Assembly (NCBI GenBank): GCA_964644385.1
Contig: CAZXVJ010000006.1
Span: forward strand, 28,142-92,141
Direction of reading: 5' to 3'
Length of the DNA stretch: 64,000 nucleotides
Source of the DNA: an uncultured Hyphomonas sp.
GTDB lineage: Bacteria; Pseudomonadota; Alphaproteobacteria; Caulobacterales; Hyphomonadaceae
Below the pieces are notes generated by a model. The model had not been told where the DNA came from. It made no database searches and saw only the letters and a list, made by a program, of their open reading frames with translations. Position numbers and translations under genes: made by a program. The first letter of the stretch is position 1. The number at the start of each line of letters is the position of its first letter. Below are positions 39,699 to 50,318 of this stretch, piece after piece.

Positions 39699-40313
39699 TT
39701 ATCCCGCGAAACCGCGCTGCTTCATTTCACCATACCACCGCGCGACATGATCGTACTCCTTGGCCGGTTGCCACTGCATAACGCGCGCAAAGCCGCATGT
39801 AACAAATGCTGTTATGTCAGCAATCGAGAATCGGTCAGCAGCGATAAACTCATGAGATGAAAGATGCGCATCAAGGCTTTTCGCGAATGATTTTGCTGCG
39901 CGTTCCCCTTTGGCGGCCGCTTCCGGACTCTGCGGTTTCTCCAACGGTGCCATCATCTCATGCGAATTTCGGAACCACGTCGCAAATTGCAGCATCATCT
40001 GCATTTCAATACGTCGATCCCACATCTCTATCAAAGCGCGCTCTTTCGGGGTCGACCCCATCAAATTCGGCTCCGGAAAAACCCCCTCCAGATAAGTGCA
40101 AATGGCGCGGCTTTCGGTGATTGATGTGCCGTCATCCAGTACGAGAACAGGTACCTGTGCATATGGGCTGAGCGCGCGATATTCAGGCGTCTTGTGCTCC
40201 TGCTTCATAATGGAAACTTCTTCCATATCCACTGCATTCAGCTGTCCTTTTGCGCGCAGAAAAAAGACGACGCGGTCAGGATTTGGAGCCCTCGGGCTTT
40301 GGTAGAGTTTCAT
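39699..40313 (-). CDS. Glutathione S-transferase.
   Basis: MKLYQSPRAPNPDRV..VPVLVLDDG..ESRAICTYL thioredoxin-like GST N-domain. Confidence 0.8.
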   Translation of the reverse strand: MKLYQSPRAPNPDRVVFFLRAKGQLNAVDMEEVSIMKQEHKTPEYRALSPYAQVPVLVLDDGTSITESRAICTYLEGVFPEPNLMGSTPKERALIEMWDRRIEMQMMLQFATWFRNSHEMMAPLEKPQSPEAAAKGERAAKSFAKSLDAHLSSHEFIAADRFSIADITAFVTCGFARVMQWQPAKEYDHVARWYGEMKQRGFAG

Positions 40314-40322
40314 AACAGTCTC

Positions 40323-42479
40323 CTAAAATTCTTTACGTATTCCAAGTGTGACGTTGAGAGGCTCACCCGGGAAATAGCGCTCATTGCCAAATGCGAAATC
40401 GGCACGGTCAGCGTAGGCTTCGTCGGTGAGGTTGCGAACAATGGCAAACCCCTCAAGTCCACCCCCAAACGGATAACTTGCACGCGCATTAACGATTGTA
40501 TGGCCTCCATAGCGGCGCGTGTTGGACGGATTGGTGAAGTACTCGCCGACATATTCTGCGGAAAGACCAACCCGCGCACCGCGATCGCCTTCCCAAGTCA
40601 GCGAAACGTCGCCCAGCCATTCTGGCGCGGTGTCTATTTGATTTCCATTGCGAATGGTTTCGCTTCCGTTGCGGGTGATACGGTCAAACGTGTAAACTTG
40701 GTCGGACCAACTGACTTGACCGGAGAGGGTAAGCTGGTCGGCGATCTCAAAATTGGCCGCTATCTCAATACCTTTGTGCTCTGTCGAACCATTTGGGACA
40801 TTCAGGCCATCACTATCGCGGAAGAAGAAATTGTCTTTTTCCATCCAGTAAGCTGCAATATCAAACACGATGCGGCCATCAAGCCTGTTGCCGCGCAGGC
40901 CGACCTCAAAACTGTCGAGGGTTTCCTCATCAATCTGACCGGGCACTTGGCGGCTTTGCAGGCGGTAAAGATCTGAAGCCTGTGGCGCGCGCTGTCCGCG
41001 GGCGTAGTTGGCATAGTAGCTGATATCGCCAGCATCATAGATCGCGCCTAGCTTTGGGGTAAGAAGACTAAAATTGTCAGACCGGTCGGGTGAGACCTGG
41101 AACCGGCCATTTGTTCCCGGCGGGGTATCTGTGGCGTAATCGTAGCGATGCTCCTCAACGCGCAGTCCGGCGAGGATTGTAAGCCTCTCCATCGGCGTCC
41201 ATTCTGCTTCTCCCCAGAATGCGCCCATCATTGTGTCGACGCTGTAGTCGTAATGGATGCCTTCTGGGAAACGGCTATCTCCGGGGAAAAAACCAAACGG
41301 TTGGAGCTGAACCTCCTTCAGGTATCCGCTTGCAATGTCAGCGTCCGCGCCGATGCGATAAGTCAAACGATCGCTCACTTCGCGTTCGATCTGTGCAAGT
41401 ACACCACCGCCTGTATGGCCATTTTTCTCGACCCCACCATTCGGCAGAAAGTGCTGAGCAAATTGCATGGATTGGGTATGAACATATGGGGTCAAAGTTA
41501 GCTCGGCGGATCCGAACTGAGCCTCAAACCGTGATGCGGCCCGCGCGCTGAACGCATTCCGATACGCTTCCGGTTTGGCATTGGTTTTGGCAAGGTCGCG
41601 GTCTTTGTAAGCGTCAGGACCTTGCAAGAAGGCGGCGGTCTCTTGCTCCAGATTTGAGAGCGAGATCATCGGCCTTATTGTCCATCGACCAACAAACTGC
41701 TCACCTGTGACGGTGAGTTTCTGTTGATCTACGCCCGTATTATCCCGCCACCCAGTATCTTGGTGTAGCGATACAGCGACATTGTATGATTCCAATTCAT
41801 CATAAACGACGTCACCTTTGTAGCGCCCGAGCGAGCCAAAGCTAGCTTGCGCTTTGCTGCCGTGTCCGCCTTGTCCGTAAATCGTATTGACCAAGCCATG
41901 TACGGCATTGGAACCATACCGCGCACTGCCGGGACCTCTCACGACTTCAATTGCGTCGGCAATCTCGTGATGCGGTTCCAACAGTGCATTAACGTTTCCA
42001 AAGGCGGGTGAACGGGTGGGCACGCCATTTTCCAGAATTAGGAAGCTGCCCTGCCCTGCGCCGCCTGTCAGGACGGGGCTGCGAATGGCGATGAGGTGTT
42101 CCTGTCCCGAATTCATCTGGACGTTGGTGCCCGGGAGCTGATTGAGAATTTCGGCGGGATGGTCGGCAAGCGTATCTTCAATATCGGTTGAAGTCAGTGC
42201 CGAGAAACTACCCGGTCGACCAAACGGGCGATCCCCGTAGACATCGATGGACCGCAAGACCAGTGTAGACGTCCCACAACCGGCTTGCTCATTTGGACGG
42301 TTCAGCCTGAGGTCATCATTCGGCGGCCCATACCGCGCTGAAAGAACACATGCAGACGCCGCGTCCTCCGTGAATTGATCTGACGCGTCCTCTTGCCCGG
42401 CCGCAAAACCGGCGACACCCAAAACAAATGTCGTAAGCGCAAAAACGGAGCTTTTCAAAATCAGATACATCCGCCTCAA
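40323..42479 (-). CDS. TonB-dependent outer-membrane receptor.
   Basis: Signal peptide. Plug-domain motifs (VRGPGSARYGSNAVHGLVN). C-terminal beta-barrel ending ...TLGIRKEF with terminal aromatic. Confidence 0.85.
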   Translation of the reverse strand: MRRMYLILKSSVFALTTFVLGVAGFAAGQEDASDQFTEDAASACVLSARYGPPNDDLRLNRPNEQAGCGTSTLVLRSIDVYGDRPFGRPGSFSALTSTDIEDTLADHPAEILNQLPGTNVQMNSGQEHLIAIRSPVLTGGAGQGSFLILENGVPTRSPAFGNVNALLEPHHEIADAIEVVRGPGSARYGSNAVHGLVNTIYGQGGHGSKAQASFGSLGRYKGDVVYDELESYNVAVSLHQDTGWRDNTGVDQQKLTVTGEQFVGRWTIRPMISLSNLEQETAAFLQGPDAYKDRDLAKTNAKPEAYRNAFSARAASRFEAQFGSAELTLTPYVHTQSMQFAQHFLPNGGVEKNGHTGGGVLAQIEREVSDRLTYRIGADADIASGYLKEVQLQPFGFFPGDSRFPEGIHYDYSVDTMMGAFWGEAEWTPMERLTILAGLRVEEHRYDYATDTPPGTNGRFQVSPDRSDNFSLLTPKLGAIYDAGDISYYANYARGQRAPQASDLYRLQSRQVPGQIDEETLDSFEVGLRGNRLDGRIVFDIAAYWMEKDNFFFRDSDGLNVPNGSTEHKGIEIAANFEIADQLTLSGQVSWSDQVYTFDRITRNGSETIRNGNQIDTAPEWLGDVSLTWEGDRGARVGLSAEYVGEYFTNPSNTRRYGGHTIVNARASYPFGGGLEGFAIVRNLTDEAYADRADFAFGNERYFPGEPLNVTLGIRKEF

Positions 42480-43804
42480 CCGCCAACCCCAAGGAACAGA
42501 CCCACTGGTAGTGCGCCAACCACCGCGCCGCTCATACAGGTGGCCAGTGTGCCCGCAATTAGTGTTTTCCAGGCGAGGTTCAGGAAGGTTTCGCGCCGGG
42601 TCGGCTCAATGATAACAAGCCCGCCGATTAGGATGCCCATGGAGCCGATATTGGCAAAGCCGCAAATGGCGTGGGTGGTAATCATGCGTGTGCGATAGGA
42701 CATGCTCTCAGGGTCAACCATGCCAAGCTCGATGAAGGCGACGAACTCAGTCAGCACAGTCTTGACGCCCATCAGTGAACCTGACTGAGAGGCTTCAGCC
42801 CACGGCACGCCAATCATGTACATCAGCGGCGCAAACACCCAGCCAAGAATCCGCTGGATAGTGAGCGGCTCACCGCCGACGTTCGGAATGATCCCCAGCA
42901 TGGCATTGGCAATGTAGAGCAAGGCTAAAGCTGCGATCAGCATGGTCATGATGTTGAGTACAATTTTGAGACCGTCTGAGGCGCCCGTCGCGAATGCATC
43001 CATGGTGGATTCATATTCAAAGTCTGGTTCTTTCATCCGCGCCGCGATGTCTTCTTTCTCCGGCACGATGGTCATCGCAATCGCCACTGCGGCGGGCGCG
43101 GCCATGATGGAGGCCGTAAGGAGCTGCGCCAGCGGATTTGCGAGTAAGCCGTCTAGAAATGTCGTATAAATGATGAGCACAGATCCCGCGATGGTGGCAA
43201 AACCGGCCGTCATCAGGATGAAGATTTCAGACCGCGTCATACCTTTGATATACGGCTTGATCAGAACAGGCGCCTCGGTCATGCCCATGAAGACGTTTGC
43301 TGATACGGCGAGCGAGGTCGCCCCGCCGAGCCCCATGGTTTTGCGGAACACGAAGGCGAAGCCGCGCGTCACCCAGCGCAAGATTTTCCAGTGCCAAAGA
43401 ATGGCAGACAAGGCTGCTACGACGATTACGATGGGCAGGATTTGAAAGAAAAAGTTCGGTTGCAAGGGCCCGCCAGCCGCGTCTGTCAGCATGAGTTGGT
43501 CGGTGCCGGGAATGGTCTTTTGATTGTTGCCAACGAAGTTGAAGACGAAATCTGTGCCTGCACGAGTCGCGTCTTCCAGTGTTTTGATCACGATATTGGG
43601 CTCAGACCCGTCGCCGAACAAGCTGTCCCAACCAAACAATTTAGGCACGCCAAAAAACAGCAGCGCAAACGCAAATTGTAGCACGACCGCGCCAATCGCT
43701 ATGCGCCATGGGAACGCTTTTCGATTTTCAGACAAGGCCCACGCAATAGCAAAAATGAGCGCTATACCACCTAGCGCCCTGATATTGTCGAACCCGTATT
43801 CCAT
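42476..43804 (-). CDS. Concentrative nucleoside transporter (NupC/CNT family).
   Basis: N-terminus NIRALGGIALIFAIAWALSENRK and overall 442-aa polytopic layout match NupC. Stop overlaps the TonB-dependent receptor start (ATGA). Confidence 0.7.
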   Translation of the reverse strand: MEYGFDNIRALGGIALIFAIAWALSENRKAFPWRIAIGAVVLQFAFALLFFGVPKLFGWDSLFGDGSEPNIVIKTLEDATRAGTDFVFNFVGNNQKTIPGTDQLMLTDAAGGPLQPNFFFQILPIVIVVAALSAILWHWKILRWVTRGFAFVFRKTMGLGGATSLAVSANVFMGMTEAPVLIKPYIKGMTRSEIFILMTAGFATIAGSVLIIYTTFLDGLLANPLAQLLTASIMAAPAAVAIAMTIVPEKEDIAARMKEPDFEYESTMDAFATGASDGLKIVLNIMTMLIAALALLYIANAMLGIIPNVGGEPLTIQRILGWVFAPLMYMIGVPWAEASQSGSLMGVKTVLTEFVAFIELGMVDPESMSYRTRMITTHAICGFANIGSMGILIGGLVIIEPTRRETFLNLAWKTLIAGTLATCMSGAVVGALPVGLFLGVGG

Positions 43805-43964
43805 GTCGCGCTCCCTTACCTCGAAACCGTAACGTCCACACTTAGCGGCGCGGCAAAGGCTTGGGAAGCGAGCCTTTGCGCGATGCAGAAATTGTGTGCC
43901 CTACATACATCAAAAAGCGGACGCACAACCCACGTCCGCTTTTAGGGATGTGTAAGCGATCAGC

Positions 43965-44381
43965 CTATCCGCCCATTTTACAGACGCAAATCTTGTGACC
44001 GTCGGGATCGCGGAAATAGGCGCCATAGAAGCCCGGAATGCGCTCGCCCGGCGCGCCCTCATCTACGCCGCCCATTTCAAGTGCCTTTTTGTGAACCGCA
44101 GTGACTTGATCCTGAGAGTCGCAGGCCAGAGCCGGCATGACGCCATTACCACACGTGGCGGCCTTCTCGTCATAAGTGCCACCAATTGCCAGCATAGGCT
44201 GACCCGGGCCTTTGCCATAAAAGTACAGGCGATTGTTGTCGAAAAGGCGTTTCGCGCCCATTTCACCCATTACCGCATCGTAGAATTCGAGTGATTTTTC
44301 GGTATTGTTGGATCCGAGTGTCACATAAGCCAGCATGATATATTCTCCTATTCGGGGCCTGAGATGGTCCACGAAAATCAC
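43965..44381 (-). CDS. VOC/glyoxalase-family protein.
   Basis: 138 aa. Paired beta-alpha-beta-beta-beta modules with GPGQPMLAIGG / DPDGHKI signature segments. Confidence 0.6.
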   Translation of the reverse strand: MIFVDHLRPRIGEYIMLAYVTLGSNNTEKSLEFYDAVMGEMGAKRLFDNNRLYFYGKGPGQPMLAIGGTYDEKAATCGNGVMPALACDSQDQVTAVHKKALEMGGVDEGAPGERIPGFYGAYFRDPDGHKICVCKMGG

Positions 44382-44487
44382 GGGCGGCGATACAGCGCAA
44401 GAGGTAACGTCGCGGCGCGCCTTGACGTTTACGTCAACGTCTGTTGAGTCGCTCCTATCTTAGATTTGTAAGTTCAGGAGGCCACTC

Positions 44488-45405
44488 ATGGCTGATATTC
44501 GATTTGATGACCGCGTTGCGATTGTAACAGGCGCGGGCGGCGGACTTGGCCGGGAACATGCGCTGGAATTGGCGCGGCGTGGCGCCAAAGTTGTGATCAA
44601 CGACCTTGGCGGCTCTATGGACGGCACCGGCGGTAATTCCGAAGCGGCGCTCGCCGTGGTGAAAGAGATCGAAGCGATGGGCGGCGAAGCGATTGCGAAT
44701 GGCGCTTCGGTAAATGACGAAGCCGGAATGAAAAAGCTGGCCGACGACACAATGGCAAAATGGGGCCGCATCGATATTTTGATCTGCAATGCGGGTATTT
44801 TGCGGGATAAATCCTTCTCGAAAATGACGCATGATGACATCAATTTGGTGCTCGACGTTCACCTGCGCGGCACATTCGCTCCCATCAAGGCAGTGTGGGA
44901 TATTATGAAAGCACAATCATTTGGCCGTATTGTGGTGACCACATCCTCCAGCGGTTTGTATGGCAATTTTGGACAAGCCAATTACGGCGCAGGCAAAATG
45001 GGCGTCATCGGCATTATGAACACGCTGAAAATTGAAGGCGCGAAATACGACATTAAGATCAATGCCGTTTGCCCGATTGCAGCAACGCGGATGACGGAAG
45101 GCCTCATGAGTGAGGCCGTGCTTGAGCAGTTGAAACCGGGATATGTGACACCGGGCGTCATGAACCTTGTCAAAGATGACGCGCCAACAGGCATGATCTT
45201 GTCTGCCGGAGCGGGCGCATTTTCAATGGCGCAGATTGTCGAAACTAAGGGTGCATTTGTTGGCCATGGCGACGCGTTGACGGCCGAGGCTGTTGCGGCC
45301 AAGTGGGACGAGATTACCGATGTCAGCCAGCAACAACCTGCGTTCAAATCAGGCGGTGAGCATGGACAGAACATCTTTGGCCGCGTGGCCGAGGGCGCTA
45401 GCTAA
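44488..45405 (+). CDS. SDR family oxidoreductase (HSD17B4 / hydroxyacyl-CoA dehydrogenase-like).
   Basis: VAIVTGAGGGLGREHALELARRGAKVVINDLGG closely resembles the N-terminus of type-2 3-hydroxyacyl-CoA dehydrogenase SDR domains. YGAGK catalytic motif. Confidence 0.8.
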   Translation: MADIRFDDRVAIVTGAGGGLGREHALELARRGAKVVINDLGGSMDGTGGNSEAALAVVKEIEAMGGEAIANGASVNDEAGMKKLADDTMAKWGRIDILICNAGILRDKSFSKMTHDDINLVLDVHLRGTFAPIKAVWDIMKAQSFGRIVVTTSSSGLYGNFGQANYGAGKMGVIGIMNTLKIEGAKYDIKINAVCPIAATRMTEGLMSEAVLEQLKPGYVTPGVMNLVKDDAPTGMILSAGAGAFSMAQIVETKGAFVGHGDALTAEAVAAKWDEITDVSQQQPAFKSGGEHGQNIFGRVAEGAS

Positions 45406-45424
45406 CCCCCTTACCCATATTGCA

Positions 45425-45468
45425 AAAATTACGCGCCGCTTCGTATTTCACGGAGCGGCGCGTTTCGT
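45425..45468. terminator. Bidirectional hairpin between the convergent SDR and HD genes.
   Basis: aaaaattACGCGCCGCTtcgtatttcacggAGCGGCGCGTttcg. T-run on the minus strand, weaker on the plus strand. Confidence 0.5.
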
Positions 45469-45489
45469 CAAAGCAGCTTAAAAGAAAGA

Positions 45490-46104
45490 CTAGCCCGCGG
45501 GCGCGCCCTCGTCTTGCATGGCTTTTAGGTACATCGAATTGACCGGGTGGGCGAAGACACGTTCCACCATCGGACGGAAGAATTCGAGCGGTTCGCTGTC
45601 ATAGTCCGGATCAAACGCAGCTTGATCGTAGAGGTGGCAGAACTGAGCGGTATATTCGTAGTGCGGGCTGTCTTTGAAGGTCTCTCGCAGATTCTTGTCG
45701 AGCCCGAGATACTCAAAGAAGTAGTAGCCCTGAAAAGCGCCGTGATTGGCAACCATGAACAGGTTCGCCTCTGATACGAATGGCTTCAGGATCGCAGCGG
45801 CAACGTCAGGGTGATTGTGGCTGCCAAGTGTATCGCCAATGTCGTGCAGAAGCGCGCAGACGACATATTCTTCATCACGCCCATCGCGATGGGCCCGCGT
45901 TGCGGTTTGAAGCGAGTGCTCCAAGCGATCGACCGGAAAGCCACCATAGTCACCGTCCAGCAGCTCTAAATGTTTCAGAACGCGCGCGGCCAAGCCCTTG
46001 TTAAACTCTTTGGCGTGACCTGCAATGATGGTCCAGTCTTCCTTGGTCCCCTCGGTCATTGCCGTAAATTTCGCCTGATCGCCTGCACTATGTCCGTCTG
46101 CCAT
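45490..46104 (-). CDS. HD-domain metal-dependent phosphohydrolase/oxygenase-like protein (PhnZ/MIOX-like small HD).
   Basis: H..LQTA..10..VVCALLHDIGD..H.HPDVAA pattern of HD-domain metal ligands. 204 aa. Confidence 0.55.
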   Translation of the reverse strand: MADGHSAGDQAKFTAMTEGTKEDWTIIAGHAKEFNKGLAARVLKHLELLDGDYGGFPVDRLEHSLQTATRAHRDGRDEEYVVCALLHDIGDTLGSHNHPDVAAAILKPFVSEANLFMVANHGAFQGYYFFEYLGLDKNLRETFKDSPHYEYTAQFCHLYDQAAFDPDYDSEPLEFFRPMVERVFAHPVNSMYLKAMQDEGAPAG

Positions 46105-46149
46105 TTGGCATCTCCCTTTATTTTATAGGCAGATGATAGCCCAGCTTTC

Positions 46150-46193
46150 GAAAAACGAAAAGCGGCGAGGCTGGATCAATCCCCCTCGCCGCT
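46150..46193 (-). terminator. Rho-independent terminator downstream of the 355-aa hypothetical gene (minus strand).
   Basis: Minus strand GCGGCGAGGgggattgatccagCCTCGCCGC followed by TTTTCGTTTTT. Confidence 0.6.
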
Positions 46194-46218
46194 TCCAATT
46201 TGCCGCCCCTGGCGCGCT

Positions 46219-47286
46219 CTAATCCCAGAGCGTGCCAAGTTCGAGACGTTCCCGCCACGTATTCAGCGGTGGCATATGGGCCGGGCCGCAATGCGCACAA
46301 ATGTGCGCATGCAACCGCGCCGCAAGCGTCCAGGTGGAACCGCCTGTGACCAACCCCGCCGCCAATGCAGCATCGATAATTGGCCGAAGCGCATCATCGG
46401 TGATGCCGCCATTGCCGCGGGTTTCGACCTCTGCGACCCGCCAACCGGCAGGGTCCCAGCGAATAGCCATCACTGCATCCGGGCTGCCTCGCCAGACATA
46501 AATGGCCATACGTCCGGCCGAAATATCTCCGATGAAATCGCGCAGGCAGTTTTGAAACTCCAGCGCAATCTCTACGAGGCGGGCCAGCGTCGTCACCCGT
46601 TCAAAGGGCGCTGGCAGAACCGGCGGTGTACGATCACCGTCAAACCGCGTTGGCTTCAAGGCTTCAGCAGCCCCATCGAACAGGGCCATGTCAGACCCTT
46701 TGCGATCCCACGTTTTAGCACGCGCCGCCGGTTTGATATTGCTATCAATCCAGCCCGCCCGCTCAAACGCACGTGCCAAGTCACGCGCGGCCGCTTCGTG
46801 TGGCACCCGGTCAATCGTACGGGGCAAACGCAACGGCGCAGGCAAAAGCCCAATCAGCGCCAGGCGATCAGCCTGAATCCGGTCCATGTGCCGAAGCACA
46901 CGGCCGGCTTCATCGGAGGCAAACAGGCTGAGGAAACGATCATAATCGACCATGTTCCAAAGCACCTCGCCGAGACGCGCAAAGGCCTTCATCAAACCCG
47001 GGCGCGGCTCATTTGCGATCAGGCGCGCAAGATCAGCGTCCTTTGCAAACTCGACCGCCCGCAAAACGTCCGCCCCATCACCGCCAACTTTCGTAAAGCG
47101 ACGCTCAAGCAAGACCGCCGCAGCATGGCGACGTGCAGATGGCAGAGCCAAAAAGCCCATATGCGGCGCCGGCCAGACACGCGCAATATTCGCAGCGTGT
47201 GGGCCAGCAATGAACGCCAAAAGCGGCGTTGGAGTCGCTGCGCGCCGGGTAAACGGCGTCAGTGACACGTTCATGGGTTTACCCAT
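46219..47286 (-). CDS. Hypothetical protein (355 aa). No recognisable motifs.
   Basis: Long ORF with ordinary composition and a terminator just downstream. No signal peptide or TM. Confidence 0.5.
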   Translation of the reverse strand: MGKPMNVSLTPFTRRAATPTPLLAFIAGPHAANIARVWPAPHMGFLALPSARRHAAAVLLERRFTKVGGDGADVLRAVEFAKDADLARLIANEPRPGLMKAFARLGEVLWNMVDYDRFLSLFASDEAGRVLRHMDRIQADRLALIGLLPAPLRLPRTIDRVPHEAAARDLARAFERAGWIDSNIKPAARAKTWDRKGSDMALFDGAAEALKPTRFDGDRTPPVLPAPFERVTTLARLVEIALEFQNCLRDFIGDISAGRMAIYVWRGSPDAVMAIRWDPAGWRVAEVETRGNGGITDDALRPIIDAALAAGLVTGGSTWTLAARLHAHICAHCGPAHMPPLNTWRERLELGTLWD

Positions 47287-47670
47287 GACGCACCTCCTCT
47301 CAAGAGAGCGTTATTGCAGAATCTGCCCGCCGATTAAGGGCGAGCGATTCTACTTATGTATTGATCTAAAGTCAGATCGGTCTCGTCTCAGAGGCCACCC
47401 GGCAAAAGCGAGGCGGCCCTGAAATGGCTCCCCACTTTGCGTGAGGAGCAGGCTATACTTTGATAACTCTGCAACATCTCATTTGGGTCTTTCATTGATC
47501 CGAGGACAAACAGTGTGGCCCGGAGGAAGCGTGTCTTAGTGCGACAATATGGCGGCGTCAAGGCACGGATATAATTATGGAGATTGAGCGCATATCCCTT
47601 CGCCCAGCACATGCGGCCGCTGTGGGGCGGCTTGGGGTCGGCTGAATTTTTGATTGGGATGGACCCGCGG

Positions 47671-48039
47671 TCACGGAATTGGGAGCAAGGCTTCGCGGAT
47701 TTCGAACGGGCGCAGGATGGCTTGCGCGCAAGCATCACCGACACATAGAGGGCGCGAAAGCGTGCGCGCCACGGAATACATCCACGCAGGGTAATAGCCC
47801 CATGTCAGGCTTTCGAATGTCAGTGTGGTGTAGGTTTGCGGCAGGTCGTCTCTGAGATTGTCTGAAACGAAATCTATTGAGAGCGTGCCGCGTGGCCCCA
47901 TGTGAAGCATCACGGCGCAATGGTCTCCGCGCGCCACGCGCTGCGCCATCCAGCGGTCAAGCCGCCGGAATTGCAGCCATAGCCACGGCCAATACAAGAT
48001 TGGGCACGCCATGTAGTAGGGGATTTGCGAAGATTTCAT
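47671..48039 (-). CDS. Hypothetical Trp-rich small protein (122 aa). Uncertain.
   Basis: ORF with non-repetitive composition, but no RBS or motif support. Confidence 0.25.
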   Translation of the reverse strand: MKSSQIPYYMACPILYWPWLWLQFRRLDRWMAQRVARGDHCAVMLHMGPRGTLSIDFVSDNLRDDLPQTYTTLTFESLTWGYYPAWMYSVARTLSRPLCVGDACAQAILRPFEIREALLPIP

Positions 48040-48295
48040 GGGGATAAGTATATGCGAGCCCGCAAGGGGGTCGTGTTCAGCGCGTGAAATTTATCTTGAA
48101 CGTCAGCGTTTACAGGAGAATGAGCGGTTCCGGATGTGGGATAGTGGGGAATCTATCCCCCGAATTTCCAACAATGCGTTGTGAACTTGCACCGCAATTT
48201 GGACTTAGCGCCCTCCTCCCCCTGGCCCCTTGATACAGAGAAGGGACGCTCAGAGTGAGATTTAGACTGCACGCAGCCGCGATGCGAAAACAAAC

Positions 48296-48337
48296 AAAAA
48301 AGCCCGAACCAATCGGCCCGGGCTTTTGATTTTTGTT
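48296..48337 (-). terminator. Rho-independent terminator of the alpha operon (after rplQ). Bidirectional hairpin.
   Basis: aaaaaAGCCCGaaccaatcggcCCGGGCTtttgatttttg. T-runs on both sides of the stem. Confidence 0.7.
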
Positions 48338-48351
48338 GACGCGTTCGGCGC

Positions 48352-48774
48352 TTATGCGTTCATCGCTTCTAATTCAGCTTCGTGGCGCGCTTTGTCCGCT
48401 GCGCCTTTGGCTGTCTCATCACGGTCAACCAATTCGATGACGGCGATGGGGGCATTGTCACCATGGCGATAGCCCGCTTTCAAGACGCGCGTATAGCCGC
48501 CATTGCGATCTTTATAACGCTCGCCCATGACTTCGAACAATTTGCGAACGGCATCTTTGTCACGAACTTTCGAAATCGCCTGACGACGGGCGTGAAGGTC
48601 ACCCTTTTTCGCCAGCGTGATCAGCTTATCCATGATCGGCTTCATTTCTTTCGCCTTTGGCACAGTCGTCACGATTTGCTCATGCGTGATCAGGCTGGCG
48701 GCCATATTGGCAAACATCGCCTTACGGTGCGAGGCGGTGCGGTTGAGCTTGCGGTGGGCAATCTTATGGCGCAT
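48352..48774 (-). CDS. rplQ: 50S ribosomal protein L17.
   Basis: [37 protein letters not shown] is the L17 signature. Confidence 0.95.
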   Translation of the reverse strand: MRHKIAHRKLNRTASHRKAMFANMAASLITHEQIVTTVPKAKEMKPIMDKLITLAKKGDLHARRQAISKVRDKDAVRKLFEVMGERYKDRNGGYTRVLKAGYRHGDNAPIAVIELVDRDETAKGAADKARHEAELEAMNA

Positions 48775-48822
48775 GGCAGTGTCCTTCGTGGGGGCGCGGC
48801 GGCCCCCGTCTTCTTATTATTC

Positions 48823-49866
48823 TTACAGGTGGTCGTCGTACTTCTTGGCGAGACCTTCGATATCTTCTGGCGGCCAATCCGGCACTTCCATGCCGAGGTG
48901 AAGCCCCATGCCGGCGAGCACTTCTTTGATTTCGTTCAAAGATTTGCGACCGAAGTTTGGTGTGCGCAACATTTCGGCTTCTGACTTTTGAATCAGATCC
49001 CCGATGTACACGATGTTGTCGTTCTTCAGGCAGTTCGCAGAGCGCACTGACAATTCCAATTCGTCGACTTTCTTGAGCAGCACAGGATTGAAGCCAAGTT
49101 CGGTTTCTTCTGTTTGCTGGGCTGTCTCAACGACAGGCTCTTCGAAGTTGATGAACAATTGTAGCTGGTCCTGAAGGATGCGCGCGGCATAGGCCACGGC
49201 GTCTTCCGGGGTGACAGATCCGTCGGTTTCAACGTCGAGCGTGAGCTTATCATAGTCAAGCACGGTGCCTTCACGCGTATCTTGCACCTGATAGCCAACC
49301 CGGCGGACCGGCGAATAAATCGCATCAATCGGCACATAACCGATGGGCGCGTCTTCCGGGCGGTTGGCTTCAGCCGGGACGTAGCCCTTGCCGGTGGCGA
49401 TGGTGAACTCCATGCGTACGCTGGCGCCATCATCCAAGGTACAGATGACGTGATCGGGGTTCAGGATCTTGCTGTCGCCTGACGTTTGGATTTGCTTGGC
49501 TTTGACTTCGCCAGGGCCTTTGGCTTCCAGCACCATACGCTTCTGACTGTCGCCTTCCATGAAGATGGCGACCTGCTTCAGGTTCAGCACGATCGTCGTG
49601 ACATCTTCGCGGACGCCTGGGATCGCGGAAAATTCGTGTACGACGCCATCAATCTGAACGCCGATAATGGCAGCGCCTTGAAGCGATGACAGAAGAACAC
49701 GGCGCAGCGCGTTGCCGAGCGTCATACCGTAGCCACGCTCAAGCGGCTCAACAACCAGCTTTGCTTTGCGGCGGGCATCATAGCCCGCTTCGACGACCGG
49801 GCGGTTCGGGCGTATCAGCTCTTTCCAGTTACGATCATTTACAGGGGTGAGTTCATTTTCGGCCAT
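48823..49866 (-). CDS. rpoA: DNA-directed RNA polymerase alpha subunit.
   Basis: [34 protein letters not shown] (alpha NTD). CTD with SVRSANCLK...IGDL helix-hairpin-helix. Confidence 0.95.
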   Translation of the reverse strand: MAENELTPVNDRNWKELIRPNRPVVEAGYDARRKAKLVVEPLERGYGMTLGNALRRVLLSSLQGAAIIGVQIDGVVHEFSAIPGVREDVTTIVLNLKQVAIFMEGDSQKRMVLEAKGPGEVKAKQIQTSGDSKILNPDHVICTLDDGASVRMEFTIATGKGYVPAEANRPEDAPIGYVPIDAIYSPVRRVGYQVQDTREGTVLDYDKLTLDVETDGSVTPEDAVAYAARILQDQLQLFINFEEPVVETAQQTEETELGFNPVLLKKVDELELSVRSANCLKNDNIVYIGDLIQKSEAEMLRTPNFGRKSLNEIKEVLAGMGLHLGMEVPDWPPEDIEGLAKKYDDHL

Positions 49867-49920
49867 GTTGGCTTTCCTTGAATCGAGTTCGCGGCATTCT
49901 GGCCGCAGGATATGTGTGAA

Positions 49921-50310
49921 TTAGACGCGGCGACGCTTCGGCGGGCGGCATCCATTGTGCGGGATCGGGGTTGTGTCACGAATAGACGTGACGGTCAGGC
50001 CAACAGCCTGCAAAGCGCGCAGGGCGCTTTCACGACCAGACCCGGGGCCGCGCACGTTGACTTCAACGGTTTGGACGCCATGCTCCTGAGCCTTTTTGGC
50101 GGCGTCTTCAGCCGCGACCTGAGCGGCATAAGGCGTTGACTTACGAGAGCCTTTGAACCCCATCGTGCCGGCAGACGACCATGAAATGGTGTTGCCCTGC
50201 GCGTCTGTGATGGTGATCATCGTGTTGTTGAAGCTGGAGTTCACGTGAACCACACCAGAGGTGATGTTCTTGCGTTCTCTCTTACGGATACGGGTTGTGT
50301 CACGAGCCAT
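49921..50310 (-). CDS. rpsK: 30S ribosomal protein S11.
   Basis: [27 protein letters not shown]11 signature. Follows S13 in the conserved order. Confidence 0.95.
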   Translation of the reverse strand: MARDTTRIRKRERKNITSGVVHVNSSFNNTMITITDAQGNTISWSSAGTMGFKGSRKSTPYAAQVAAEDAAKKAQEHGVQTVEVNVRGPGSGRESALRALQAVGLTVTSIRDTTPIPHNGCRPPKRRRV

Positions 50311-50318
50311 TTGCTATC

